A DNA stretch of 64,000 nucleotides from Octopus sinensis (taxonomy: Eukaryota). The stretch lies in the NCBI RefSeq assembly GCF_006345805.1, contig NC_043010.1:61938001-62002000 (forward strand), read 5' to 3'. This document shows positions 1 through 12,227 of the stretch, in pieces. Position 1 is the first letter of the stretch. Every line of letters begins with the position of its first letter. The position numbers were made by a program, and so were the translations under genes. The notes beneath the pieces were generated by a model. That model did no database searches, was not told the DNA's origin, and saw nothing but the letters and a program-made list of their open reading frames with translations.

Positions 1-379
1 CACACACACACAGACACACACACAGACACACAGCGACACACACACACAGACACACGCACAGAGACACACAGAGACACACAGACACACACACACGTGCACA
101 CACACGGAAACGGACACACACACACACACAGACACACATGGACATGGACACACACACACAGAAACACAGGGACACGGACACATACACACACACACACACA
201 CACGCACACACATTAGGTCCAGGCATGGGTGTGTAGTTAAAAAAGTTTGCCTGCCAGCCATGTAGATTTGGGATCAGCCGCACTACATGGCGCCTTGGTC
301 AAGGGTTCTTTACGATAGCCCAAGGTTAACCAAGGCTTTGTGAATAGCTTTGGATAGATGGAAACTGAGAAAAGGTCTG

Positions 380-415
<36 letters not shown>

Positions 416-639
416 TGATAGTTGTAAATGAGTTTCACTGTCACACAATTAAAGTTATTTGTTTCCAATATTCTAAGAAAAACGTGTTGTTATGAGAAAA
501 CTATTACCTTGCTTGGAAGAACAGGTGAAGGTTGGTAAGGGTTAGCAACAGGAAGGGTGTCTGTCCGTAGCAAATCCACCCGGAAGAAACCCTGCCTGTT
601 CCATGCAAACATGGAAAAGTGGACATTAAAATGATGATG

Positions 640-702
640 ATTATGATGGCAGAGGTGGTGGTGGTGGTGATGGTATTGGTGATGGTATGATGGTAGCATG
701 AC

Positions 703-736
<34 letters not shown>

Positions 737-970
737 ATGGTGGCATTCTGTAGTTCATTTTAGTGGTGGCAGTGGCGGTGGTGGTTGTGGTGGTGGTGGT
801 TGTGGTGGTGGTTGTGGTGGTGGTTGTGGTGGTGGTGGTGGTGGTGGTGGTGGTGATTGGTTTCGATGATGGTAGTGATGATGGTTGTGTAATGTGGGTG
901 GTGTTTTGTAGCTGATGGTAACGATGATGATGATGATGATGATGATGCTGATGTTATTGATGTAGTGGCT
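640..970. repeat. Compound triplet microsatellite (GGT/AGT/GAT)n
   Basis: Direct reading. Similar tracts lie at about 29405-29470, 33930-34020 and 39450-39550. Confidence 0.95.
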
Positions 971-1033
971 GTGATGCTGGTAATCACACATTTATATAGA
1001 GAGATCAACAGATACACATAAGAAAGAACTCAC

Positions 1034-1166
1034 CGTGATATCCTTGACCAGTGGCCATTATATGAACGAAGAGTGAAAGCCATGTAAAGAAGGCAACCAC
1101 GGGTCTGTAGGGTCCCCTCCTTCCGGCTGTTTCCAATGTGGATAACCAGCGCTGACCAATAACCAT
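1034..1166 (-). CDS. Putative first coding exon of a third gene (signal-peptide-like); remainder left of the window
   Basis: aagATGG start with an in-frame TGA 3 codons upstream. It encodes 44 codons, MVIGQRWLSTLETAGRRGPYRPVVAFFTWLSLFVHIMATGQGYH, plus 1 nt, ending at a perfect CACG|GTGAGT donor (phase 1). It is non-repetitive sequence between microsatellites. Confidence 0.5.
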
Positions 1167-1227
1167 CTTCCTTCAACAAACTCCGGTGAACAAATAGAAG
1201 ATCCGTTTGCAATATTTAAGCTCCCAG

Positions 1228-1263
<36 letters not shown>

Positions 1264-1515
1264 TACACACACACACACAAAGATGCATGCTTAGAGAAAG
1301 AGAAGAGAGGTGAAGGGAGAGGAGAGTGAGCCATATACGCATGTACAAATGTATAAATATCTTGATATAGATATCTACACAGATTATACACACGTATACA
1401 TACATACAGATATACAGATAGACACACACATATGTATATATATATACATATATATATTATATATATATATATATATATACATGCATGCATGCATATGTAT
1501 ATATATATATAATAT

Positions 1516-1557
<42 letters not shown>

Positions 1558-1854
1558 CGTACTGAGGAGGAGAGACGGAGAGCAGGGGTCACATATGTGT
1601 GTACATACACAGATACAGGCATTTGTAAATATAATTATTGTTAATTACTTAATAAACATTGGAGACACCTGTTACGTGGATTACATTACATCATTGTTCA
1701 GGTGACAAACGATCCTCTGTGTGTGTGTGGGGGGTTAAGTAGCCACCCCCAAACATCACTTTTACTTAAGCACAGTCATCATAAAGTATTGGGTATGCGT
1801 ATGTGTGTTTGTGTGTGTGTGTGCATATGGATATATATTATATATATATATATA

Positions 1855-2025
1855 GGCGCAGGAGTGGCTGTGTGGTAAGTAGCTTGCTTACCAGCCACAT
1901 GGTTCCGGGTTCAGTCCCACTGCGTGGCATCGTGGGCAAGTGTCTTCTGCTCTAGCCTCGGGCCGACCAATGCCATGTGAGTGGATTTGGTAGACAGAAA
2001 CTGTAAGAAGCCTGTCATATATATG

Positions 2026-2057
<32 letters not shown>

Positions 2058-2278
2058 CATGTTTGTGTGTCTGTGTTTGTCCCCCTAGCATTGCTTGACA
2101 ACCGATGCTGGTGTGTTTACGTCCCCGTCACTTAGCGGTTCAGCAAAAGAGACCGATAGAATAAGTACTGGGCTTACAAAGAATAAGTCCCGGGGTCGAT
2201 TTGCTCGACTAAAGGTGGTGCTCCAGCATGACCGCAGTCAAATGACTGAAACAAGTAAAAGAGTAAAAGAGTAAGAGT
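1855..2278 (+). mobile_element. SINE family A, full length (tRNA-like head, central domain, (TA)n/(TG)n, tail ending gaaacaagtaaaagag)
   Basis: Head ggcgcaggagtggctgtgtggtaag...ggttcagtccc. More than 20 homologous copies or fragments occur in the window. Confidence 0.9.
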
Positions 2279-2311
2279 AGGGTGATTCAAAAGTCTCCAT
2301 GCATAGGAAAA

Positions 2312-3392
2312 TTCATATGGGTATGTTGTTGGGCAGGAATCTGGTATCTTCGCTGGGGTGCATGGTGGCCATGGTATTGGCACCCAAAATGAGGAGGGAA
2401 CTAGGCTACTGGATTTCTGTGATGCATGTAACCTTTTAATCTGCAACACTAACTTCAGGAAGCCAGACAGCCACCTTATAACCTATCAATCAGGGGACTC
2501 TGCTAGCCAGATTGATTTCATCCTCACCAGACAGTGGGACGCAGGGTTGCTCTTAAATATAAAGGCCCTCCCAGGTGAAGAATGTACTCCCCAGCATAGG
2601 CTAGTCATTAGTGACTTTAGGCTCGAGGCCAAAAGGATACCAAGAAGCAGACCAATCCTCAAAAGAAGGATTTGGAAGCTAAAGAACCCTTCACACGGTC
2701 AAAGATTTAGGGACATCCTCATCAAGAAATTTGAGGAGAGGGAAGAGGAGCTACAGACATCGGACATAGAAGGTAGCCGGAAATTCCTATGGACAGCTTG
2801 CTGAGTGCCACAGACCAAGTCTGAGGATGGTGCAAAGTCCCTTCCAGACCCAGAATTATGTGATGGTGGTGGAATAGTACGGTAGACAAAACTGTTAGGG
2901 CAAAGAAACAGGCCTGGAAAGCCTGAAGGGATGGGGGTATCAGGGAACTGTAACAGGTAGTCAAAAGGGAGGCTGGGCGGCAGGTATACATAGCCAAAGG
3001 TGAAGCAGAAAAGAAGAAGTTTGCCAATGTCCAGTAACGTGAGGATGAAAGAACTGAGGTATTTTGGATTGCAAGACATTGTGTGAGAGAAAATTGTGAT
3101 ATCACAGGAGAGAAACGTGTCTGCATGGATGATGGTGCACTTGCTTTTAATGTTTCTGAAAGGAGAAAAAGGCTTGGAGAAGCCATTATGAGAGACTGCT
3201 GAATGTGGAGAATGAATGGGAGGAGGAGAGCCTGCCAAATGTTGACCCAGTAGAGGGACCAGCTATCCGAATAGACAGCTCCCTAGTAGTTAAGGCAATT
3301 AAGGGTATGAAACCAGGAAAAGCACCCTGCCCATCAGGAATCACTGCTGAAATGCTTAAAACATCTGGAAAGTGGAGAGAGAGATGAAATAC
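2312..3392 (+). mobile_element. RTE-clade LINE remnant (AP endonuclease C-terminus, linker, start of RT), frameshifted and with stops
   Basis: Translations GHGIGTQNEEGTRLLDFC...NTNFRK...ITYQSG...QIDFIL...QHRLVISDF and VKAIKGMKPGKAPCPSGITAEMLK are typical of RTE ORFs. Confidence 0.9.
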
Positions 3393-5166
3393 CCCAGGGC
3401 TTACCTTCAAGATACAAGAAGGTGAATATAAGAGGGAATGGGGACAGAGGCCAAAAAAAAGATGGCTGGGTAGATAGGTTTGTGAGAGTGTGTGTGGGGG
3501 TGGGGTGACAGATGGATAGAGATGGGGATGGAGAGGAAGGTAGGGAACAGTGGATAAGGGTGGAGGTGTGGCCGATGGGTGAGGTGTAAGTACAATAGGT
3601 GTTGGTCAGGGAGGAGGAGGAGGCGATGGATGGCAATACATAAAAAAAGAAGAGGTGGAGAACAACATCATCATCAGCATCATTGTTTAACATCCGTTTT
3701 CCGTGCTAGCATGGGTTGAATGGTTCGACCGGGGTCTGGGAAGCCAGGAGGCTGCACCAGGCTCCAGTCTGATCTGGCAGTGTTTCTACAGCTGGATGCC
3801 CTTCCTAACGCCAACCACTCCATGAGTGTAGTGGGTGGTTTTTACATGCCACTGGCACAGGTGCCAGGCGAGGCTGGCAATGGCCATGATCGGTTGGTGC
3901 TTTTTATGTGCCACGGGCACGGAGGCCAGTCGAAGTGGCGCTGGCAACGGCCACGTTCAGATGTTTATTTTACGTGCCACCGGCACTGGTATCACGACTA
4001 CAATTTCCATTGATTTTTGATCGATTTCGATTTTTGAAAATTGTTGAGAGAGATGAGAAACAGGGAGATGATGTGAAGGACGGAGCAGAGAGAAGATGCA
4101 CAGTAACAGAGATGGTGGTGGCAGTGGTGTTGGTGATGACCATCGGTTACTATACAGGGTGACACCATTACCAGCACCATCGCCGCTGCCGCCGCCACAA
4201 ACTCCACTTCTTCCCCCGACATCAGCTACTGACAACTGTTACCAAGTCACTCGTCAATGCCAATCTATGAAGCTATCTAAGACAGCTGCCATGATTCACG
4301 GTTAGTTTCTTGCTGTGAATGGTGTTGTGTCAATGACCACTTGGAAATGAAAAAGAAATGCGCGGAAACAAAGGAAAAAACTGGGAGCTGACACAAATCT
4401 GTCCGATTTAATGTGTCAAATGAAAGGGTGGGACAATAATCATTAAGTAATTAGTCGTTAGTAAATGAAGAGTGATTTTATGGTAAACATCGTCAGTCAT
4501 TTTTTTGAAAATAAAATATATTCTGTAACGTTAGATGACTTATTAGACTTATTGTTGTTTGTTCAGAGCTTCATTAATGATTTCATGTTAATAAATCAAT
4601 TATCTGAGTGTTGCCATCATATGCTGGCTCATGCACGGAATATTGGAATATCAGAATATTGGGATATTAGAATATTGGAATAGTGGTCATGTGGGGAATA
4701 GCCTTTGTTATGAGGGATAGTATTAGGTAATGTCACTAAGGAGGAATCATTATTATTTTACACAGATTACAGTGTCTATTAGTGTCTGTAGTATTGTGTG
4801 TATACAAATGTATATATTATGGTGCTTTTGGAAAATAATGAAATGAATGCTAATTGTCAAAAATAAAAACATTAAATTAATATAAATTGAAAAAATAAAT
4901 CCCAAATTAAATAAAGTGAAATGAAACAAAATTTTTGTGTATTTTGTGTATTTCCAATAAATATGTGTGATTAATAACAAAACTACTGTTTAACTATCAA
5001 TTATTTACAGGTAAAGGAATGACTGTGTGGTAAGTAGCTTGCTCACCAACCATATGGTTCTGGGTTCAGTCCCACTGCATGGCACCTCGGACAAGTGTCT
5101 TCTACTATAGCTTCAGGCCGACCAAAGCCTTGTGAGTTGATTTGGTAGAAACTGAAAGAAGCCCAG

Positions 5167-5516
5167 CGTAGAAACATTGCCAGATCAGATTGGGCCTGGT
5201 GCAGCCATCTGGCTTCCCAGACCCCAGTTGCACCGTCCAACCCACGCCGGCATGGAAAGCAGACGCTAAACAATGATGAAGATGATGATGATGTCCTTGG
5301 TTATGAATCTTTTCAGAATACACGAGGGATTTAATGTAATCCCAGAAGAAAAAAGTCCATGGGAGTTAAATCTGGTGACTGTGGGGCCCATTCAATTGGC
5401 ACGCGATGCCTGAGCCATCTCTCTGGAAAATGTTCATTCAGAAAATCACTGACCTACAAAGCATAATGGAGTAGAGCTTGAAAGAAATGAAGTTAGTGTG
5501 CTTTGCTGGGTTTGCA

Positions 5517-5520
<4 letters not shown>
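5167..5520 (+). repeat. Local duplicate of 6465-6819 (R tail + Tc1 fragment + flank) embedded in a SINE A copy
   Basis: Both copies share the same chimeric junctions, about 90% identity. Confidence 0.9.
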
Positions 5521-5559
<39 letters not shown>

Positions 5560-5938
5560 ATATATACATGTGTGTGTGTGTGTTTGTGTGTCTGTGTTTG
5601 TCTCCCCTGTTGGAGTGTTTATGACCCTGTAACATTAGGGGTTCAGCAAAAGACACTGACAGAATAAGCACTAGGCTTACAAAGAACAAGTCCTGGAGTC
5701 AATTTGTTCAACTGAAAGCAGTGTTCCAGCATAGCTGCAGTCAAATGACTGAAACAAATAAAAGACTAAAAGAATTATTACATATTGAGGACAGTGGTAA
5801 AAGAAAATTGAATTTCATTCCAGCACATGAAAATGGGTGCATGTTATTGGCAAACCCCAAGAAGAGCAAAATGCATCTAACTTTCCCATGAGTCACTGCT
5901 GTGATGAAGTTCATTCTTTTTGCCTCAATATCATAATA

Positions 5939-6780
5939 CAGGGTGGCCCCAAAGTGAAACGCCATAGGAAATATCAAGTACACTTTATTAGCAATGAAGT
6001 AGGTAATCCATTACAGATGTTCAAAGTGTTGGCCATGGAGCTCTAACCAAGTGTTCATTCAGAATTTGAAATTGCGATGACCCTTCTCAAATAAGTTTTC
6101 ATTGACTTGTTCACACACTTCAGCAATTCTTTGAAGTGAAAATCAAAATCAAGACCAAAAATCAAAATCGATCAACATCAATGGAAATTGTAGCTGTGAT
6201 ACCAGTGCCGGTGGCACATAAGAGAACCATCCAAACGTGGCCGTTTTCAGTGCTGCCCTGACTGGCTTCCATGCCAGTGGCACGTAAAAAGCACCATCTG
6301 CTCGTGGCCATTTGCCAGCCTCGTCTGGCACCTGTGCCGGTGGCACATAAAAAGCACCATCTGCTCGTAGCCGTTTGCCAGCCTCATCTGGCACCTGTGC
6401 CGGTGGCACGTAAAAAGCACCCACTACACTCACAGAGTGGTTGGCGTTAGGAAGGGCATCAAGCCGTAGAAACATTGCCAGATCAGACTGGGCCTGGTGC
6501 AGCCTTCTGGCTTCCCAGACCCCAGTTGCACCGTCCAACCCATGCCAGCATGGAAAGCGGACACTAAACGATGATGATGATGATGATGATGTCCTTGGTC
6601 ATGAATCTTTTCAGAATACACGAGGGATTTAATGTAGTCCCAGAAGACAAAATGTCCATGGGAGTTAAATCTGGTGACCGTGGGGCCCATTCAATTGGCC
6701 CGCGATGCCTGAGCCATCTCCCTGGAAAATGTTCATTCAGAAAATCACTGACCTACAATGCATAATGGGATAGAGCTTGA
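5939..6780 (-). mobile_element. Tc1/mariner 3' portion, split by an R-family insertion at about 6139-6590
   Basis: Minus-strand remnants FLNEHFPGRWLRHRGPIEWAPRSPDLTP...FWDYIKSLVY and HGQHFEHL*. The terminus is CACCCTG|TA at 5939. Confidence 0.8.
6139..6590 (+). mobile_element. Family R non-autonomous element (RTE 3' UTR tail, 63-bp internal tandem modules, (GAT)n end)
   Basis: Ends catggaaagcggacactaaacgatgatgat. The 63-bp unit starts at 6277, 6340 and 6403. Other copies lie at about 3665-4042(-), 20628-20840(-), 21468-21780(-), 23227-23465(-), 31950-32160, 33770-33935, 35340-35500, 40030-40345(-), 47985-48180 and 49650-49960(-). Confidence 0.8.
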
Positions 6781-7129
6781 AAGAAATGAAGTTAGTATGC
6801 TTTGCTGGGTTTGCAGTGTCAGTGTGCCTGAGTAACAGAGAAAACTGTGCAGAAGAAGCATCGGACGTGGTGTGCAACAGAGATGAATGTACTGGTATGG
6901 TCATGTGATGAGTATGGATTGTTGTTGTTGTTGTTAAGCAACAAGGCGGGTAAGGGTGATTAGGTGATGGCCTAGGGCTTAGGGGAGGGAGACCCCAGAC
7001 CTTGGAAGAAAAAAAAAACTTTGGTTGTCTTGTTGTAGTCAAGGGCTTTTCGTTGACGCCCGACACCACTGGGAGGTGGCCCTTGAAGTCGCTGGAAATG
7101 GAGATCTCCAGGTCCAAATTCTTGAATGG

Positions 7130-7562
7130 CTGATGCGTATGAAGGAAGAGAGCTGTGTAAAGAAATGCTGATCTCTAACTGAGGAGGGAACCTGTGGAAG
7201 AGGTAGACCCAGGAAGACATGGGACGAGGTGGTGAAGCATGTGGGGCCTCATGGAGACAAGAGACAAGTAACAAGTGACTGAGACCTTTGAAAGATGCCG
7301 TTCTTGAGAAGACTCATCATAGTCATGGCTGATGCTGGTGTCACAGAACTGGCACCGGTGTTGGTGGCACATAAATGCACCTGTGCCAGTAACATGTAAA
7401 AAGTGCCCATTACACTCCTGGAGTGGTTGGCATTAGGAAAGGCATCCAACTGTAGAAACCAAGCCAAATCAGACTGGAACTTGCTGCAGCTCTCCGGCTT
7501 ACCGGTTCCAGTCAAACTGTGTCACCCCTGCCACCATGGAAGGCAGATGCTAAATGATGGGA
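7130..7562 (+). mobile_element. RTE LINE 3' end: ORF C-terminus followed by the 3' UTR (family R tail)
   Basis: MRMKEESCVKKC...GTCGRGRPRKTWDEVVK is directly followed by the gagtggttggcattaggaaaggcatcc...aaatgatg tail that is dispersed throughout the window. Confidence 0.8.
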
Positions 7563-8159
7563 ATGATTTCAGACCTCTGATATCATTGTTAGTCAGAACC
7601 ATGTGAACCCATGACAGCTTTGTTGAAAATCTGCAACCAACAGAACCATTGTTCTCTAAAATTCAATCTCAAAATATAAACTCTTTCAAATCACACTTGA
7701 CAAATAAACGTCCTTTGTGAATATTTACAAAGTAATGTCACACAGTTTTATAAATATTTCTCCTTAGTGTCTCCCTTTGTCATCAAAGTTACAGGCAAAA
7801 ATTCTTCTCACAAAACAAATATTTACACAGGAGCTGTTAGAAGGGTGGTCAATGCCTACAGAAATTATTTTTCAAGGAGGAATCACGTATTTACAGCCAA
7901 AATATTAATTACAAACATAGACGCATAGCACGAATTTGATATTGTGTGTGTGTGGGTGGGTGGGTGTGTGCGTGTGTGGATAAATATGTGCATGTGTGCA
8001 TGTGTGTGTGTGTGTATAGTCACAGGTGTGGCTGTGTGGTAAGAAGCCTGCTTCCCAACCACAATGGGACAACACTGTTACATATACACACATCTTTACA
8101 CCCCACCAATATACACACATCCCCACCTGGGGCAGAACTGTAGCTATTACGTATACATA

Positions 8160-9029
8160 CAAGGTGTTCGGGTCAAATTTAACGATCTTTTTGTGTGTCC
8201 TTTTTTCGAGAACAGCTTGATGTATTGACGAACAAACTGTCAATGGTGTTGGAGAGCATGAAGATTAAAGTTGCAGCTGAGAAAAAGTTAGCTGATATGG
8301 AAGGTTGGAAGCCGTCTGAATATTGGGAAAGAGTTACCTGTATCAGGATGATTTGCACCAGGTGTCAAAATGCTGGCATCCTGACTGCTGCCCAATACTC
8401 TGTGGAGGCTGCAAAGGCTGTAAAACATGGCATGGACATTATGGGAACTGGACTGTGAGGGTCTTTGGGTGGCTGTCATGCAACCCCCACATCTTGGAAC
8501 TGGGCTTTAGGCTCACTTCAAAAGGCAAAGTGAAGCTGCTGTAGATTGTGGTGAAACCCTGGCTGGGGGAGGGGGTGCTGCTCCTGCTGCTGCTGCTGGA
8601 GGGCCATATGTGTGGCAGAAGGATTCAGCTCCTTGCCATACCTCTGGAAAGAGTCAGAACTGATTGTCTGTGAATTTCTATGACTTTCAGGCTTTCTAAT
8701 TCCCCTGATTGTAATCCTATGGGTTCCTGGGTGAGGGGCACAATTGAGAAAGACACCAACTGCTCTGCCTGCAACAGCAAGGCTGAGCTGGTGGCCAAGA
8801 TCAAAGATCTTCCCAGGGGCACAGTAAAGAACATATACACCCGGTTCCTTAGACATCCTGAGGCCATGGTAGAAGCTGAGGGTGGCTTCGGAGTAAATTG
8901 TTATCACCTAACTGTCATCGAGTTGGCATTTTGGGGTTTCTTAAAAAAATTTTTTTATATTTTTGGATAAGATATAGTTTTTTTTCTTTTCCTTTTATAA
9001 AAACTGTCAAATTTAACCTGAACACCCTG
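8160..9029 (+). mobile_element. Internally deleted Tc1/mariner element with both TIRs
   Basis: TA|caaggtgttcgggtcaaattt ... aaatttaacctgaacaccctg|TA. Transposase remnants VVKPWL, YVWQKDSAPCHTSGKSQ, NSPDCNPM and AELVAKIK...EAEGGF are present. Confidence 0.85.
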
Positions 9030-9483
9030 TATATATATATACACCTCCAACCAAGCACTGTTCGGACATCTAGAATAGTGCTACTGTTACACACACATCC
9101 AAATAATTAGTAGGACTCATTTACCACCACACTACCCCTGGCCCAGACATGCTGTCTCCGCCCTCTGGCCATTACATTACTATAATGGCCTCTGCTTCTT
9201 GTTCCTTGCTGGTTTATATACAATTTCATCCAAGTCATCTGACACTGTGCATGTTACAGGATGCAGAATGCACTTTTGCCGAAAGACAAGAAGCCGAACA
9301 GACACAATAATTAGAAAATTACTATTTTTAAATCTCACAACATGAGATATTCAGCAACAGTACTTTGGAGTAAAGATTGTTTGCCAACATAACAGAATTT
9401 ATAGATCAGTGACTAGTTGTCACTTTGAAAACTATATATTTCGAACGGGAATTTGGCAGTGCCACCTCTAGCTGAGCAATCAT

Positions 9484-9528
9484 TCTGTGCTGATGAAGGG
9501 AAATAACCTGGAAATCGTGATACACAGA
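9484..9528 (+). ncRNA. Type I minimal hammerhead-ribozyme-like motif
   Basis: tctgtg-CTGATGA-agggaaataacctg-GAAA-tcgtga-TA-cacaga. Stem I is a perfect 6 bp and stem III is the near-palindrome atcgtgat. The stem II closure is non-canonical. Confidence 0.5.
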
Positions 9529-10270
9529 TATTGCTTTGAGCTGAGTTCCCTTGTTCGAAAATATAAGGACAAAGATCATGTCGTATAGCCAGCTGAAGAC
9601 AATGTTTCCTGGGGCTAAATTACAGCAATATTTGTCCTAAACCAGGACTGCCATGTTATGTTGGCAAACAATCTTTAGTACAGACACAATAATAAAAAAA
9701 AAAGAATTCCTACCTACATAGTTTAATGACCAATTCAGTGTGTCAAATGGTCATTTTGTAGGAATAAAGGGATTATATATTTGAATTTTCTTACGTCTTC
9801 TCAGCATCCTGTCCTTGTCCCTCTGACATACTCATCCCAGCTCTTGTCCAACGAGCATTGATAACAGATGTTAAACAATAACGATGATGATGATGATGAC
9901 ATCAGCAATAATAATTATTTATATTTTAGGCACAAGGCCAGAAATTTGAGAGGAGGGGCAAGTCAATTATTGACTCCTAATCTCAAGTGAAAGGATGAAG
10001 GGCAAAGGTTGTCTTTGGTGAGATATGAACTCGGAATGTAAATTCCTGGAAGAAATACTGCAAAGCATTTTGTCTGCTGTACTAACCATTATCATCATCA
10101 GCAACTGTTATACCAAAGAGAAAAGGTTTATTTTACTCTTCAGCATTGAGATTTGTCAAATATTTAGTTACAATGTTTGTAATTAATCATTGATTATCTT
10201 TGGAATTAATTATGGATTATCTTGTGGCTTCAAGATTCCAATGGTGTGTTTCCATATTTTCAGAATGATA

Positions 10271-10671
10271 GGCGCAGGAGTGGCTGTGTGGTAAGTAGCT
10301 TGCTAACCAACCACATGGTTCCGGGTTCAGTCCCACTGCGTGGCATCTTGGGCAAGTGTCTTCTGCTATAGCCCCAGGCCGACCAATGCCTTGTGAGTGG
10401 ATTTGGTAGACGGAAACTGAAAGAAGCCTGTCGTATATATGTATATATATGTGTATATGTGTGTGTTTGTGTGTCTGCTTGTCCCCCTAGCATTGCTTGA
10501 CAACCGATGCTGGTGTGTTTACGTCCTCGTCACTTAGCGGTTCGGCAAGAGACCGATAGAATAAGTACTGGGCTTACAAAGAATAAGTCCCGGGGTCGAT
10601 TTGCTCGACTAAAGGTGGTGCTCCAGCATGGCCGCAATCAAATGACTGAAACAAGTAAAAGAGTAAAAGAG
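10271..10671 (+). mobile_element. SINE family A, full length
   Basis: Near-identical to 1855-2278. Confidence 0.9.
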
Positions 10672-11890
10672 AGAGTGTAGTGGGTGTGTGAAAGGTTCAA
10701 CTTGGTCAGTTTTAACATAAAACAGGGAGACTATTCGGCCAGGTGTGACCCAAATGCTAAGGGGAATTAATATGAAATAAATAAAATATAAAGGAACAAA
10801 AAAAAAAAAGCAAGAAATTATTTTTTTTATTTATTTATTTTCCTTTTTCTTGTTTTTTTTTTGAAATTTTTGACAAGGCAATTGGTTTGGGTGGGTGTTT
10901 TGAGTTTGTTGCCCAGAAATATTGCCGGCACAACAATGATAATAATAATAATAATAATGATAATAATAATAATAAGTATATATGGGATGGAAAGAGAATA
11001 TTTAATATACTTCATTGTAAAAAAAAAAATTATATAAAAAAAGAGAAATAAAAGAAAGTAAAAAAAAGCTGTCCATTGTGAAAAAAATAAAGCGTTAGGA
11101 AGTGAAATAAGATTTATACAAACGATTAGATATACTGATGAGATTAAAAGTTGATCAAAATATATGTACAATATTTCATTTATATATATATATTAATTGA
11201 TTGGCCATCATATTGTTTAGTATGTCACATAATGGATTCACCTTAAACTGAATTTATTTATTTCATACTCCGTGTTTTTTTATTATTATTATTATTTCCC
11301 TATCCCCCGACTTTACCATCAAAACTATCGGACTTCCTCGCACACCTCTTCTCCACCCCCCACTCGACCTGACTTGTCTTTCATTCGTCTTGTTTCCCTC
11401 CGAGTTTCCTCATCAGCCTCCTCCCTTGCTCGCTGTCCCACACAACCTCCTATTTCTTTACTACCCACAAGGGGCTAAATAAACACAGAGAGGACAAATA
11501 AGGACAGACAAACGGATTAAGCCGATTATATCGACCCCAGTGTGTAACTGGTACTTATTTAATCGACCCCAAAAGGACGAAAGGCAAAGTCGACCTCGGC
11601 GGAATTTGAACTCAGAACGTAGCGGCAGACGAAATACCGCAAAGCATTTCGCCCGACGTGCTAACGTTTCTGCCAGCTCACCGCACAACCTCCATGTCAT
11701 CTCACATCTCTTATTGGCAAGAGCTTGAAGGAAAAGGGAGTGGTGAAAAAAAAAAACAGAAAAAGAGAGAGAGGGGGAAGAGGGAGGGGGAGAGAGTGCC
11801 TGAGAAAGTTATAAAAAAACAGATAAGCAAACAGTATTTCTCTCCCTTGATTTCCACTTTATCCTTGATATTCTTTGAAGAAATATAGTT

Positions 11891-12227
11891 GAAGGTGCAT
11901 GGCTCAGTGGTTAGAGGGTTGAGCTTACGATCAAGAGGTTGTGAGTTCAAATCCTGGACTGGGTGCTGTGTTGTGTTCTTGAGCAAAACACTTTATTACA
12001 CGTTGCTCCAGTTAACACAGCTGTAGAAATGAGTTGCGATGTCACAGGTGCCAAACTGTATCGGGCCCCTTTGCTTTTCCCTTGGATAACACTGGTGGCG
12101 CAGAGAGGAGAGGCCGGTATGCATGGACGACTACTGTTCTTCCATAAACAACCTTGCCCGGACTTGTGCCTCAGAGGGTAACTTTCTAGGTGCAATCCCA
12201 TGGTCAGTCATGACCGAAAGGGGTCTC
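11891..12227 (+). mobile_element. SINE family C (tRNA head plus gtgttgtgttcttgagcaaaacac domain)
   Basis: A-box tggctcagtgg and B-box gagttcaaatcc. Homologues lie at 48866-49183(-), about 21185-21310(-) and about 46885-47140. Confidence 0.8.

Noticed and set aside
2358-3387. 148-aa and 60-aa ORFs as a host gene (CFDP2-like)
   Set aside because: Interrupted by stops and frameshifts and flanked by repeats; it is an RTE remnant.
11891-11965. tRNA-like sequences (also at 53069, 61990-62050 and the family A/B heads)
   Set aside because: They lack a closed acceptor stem and run into SINE bodies, so they are SINE heads rather than tRNA genes.
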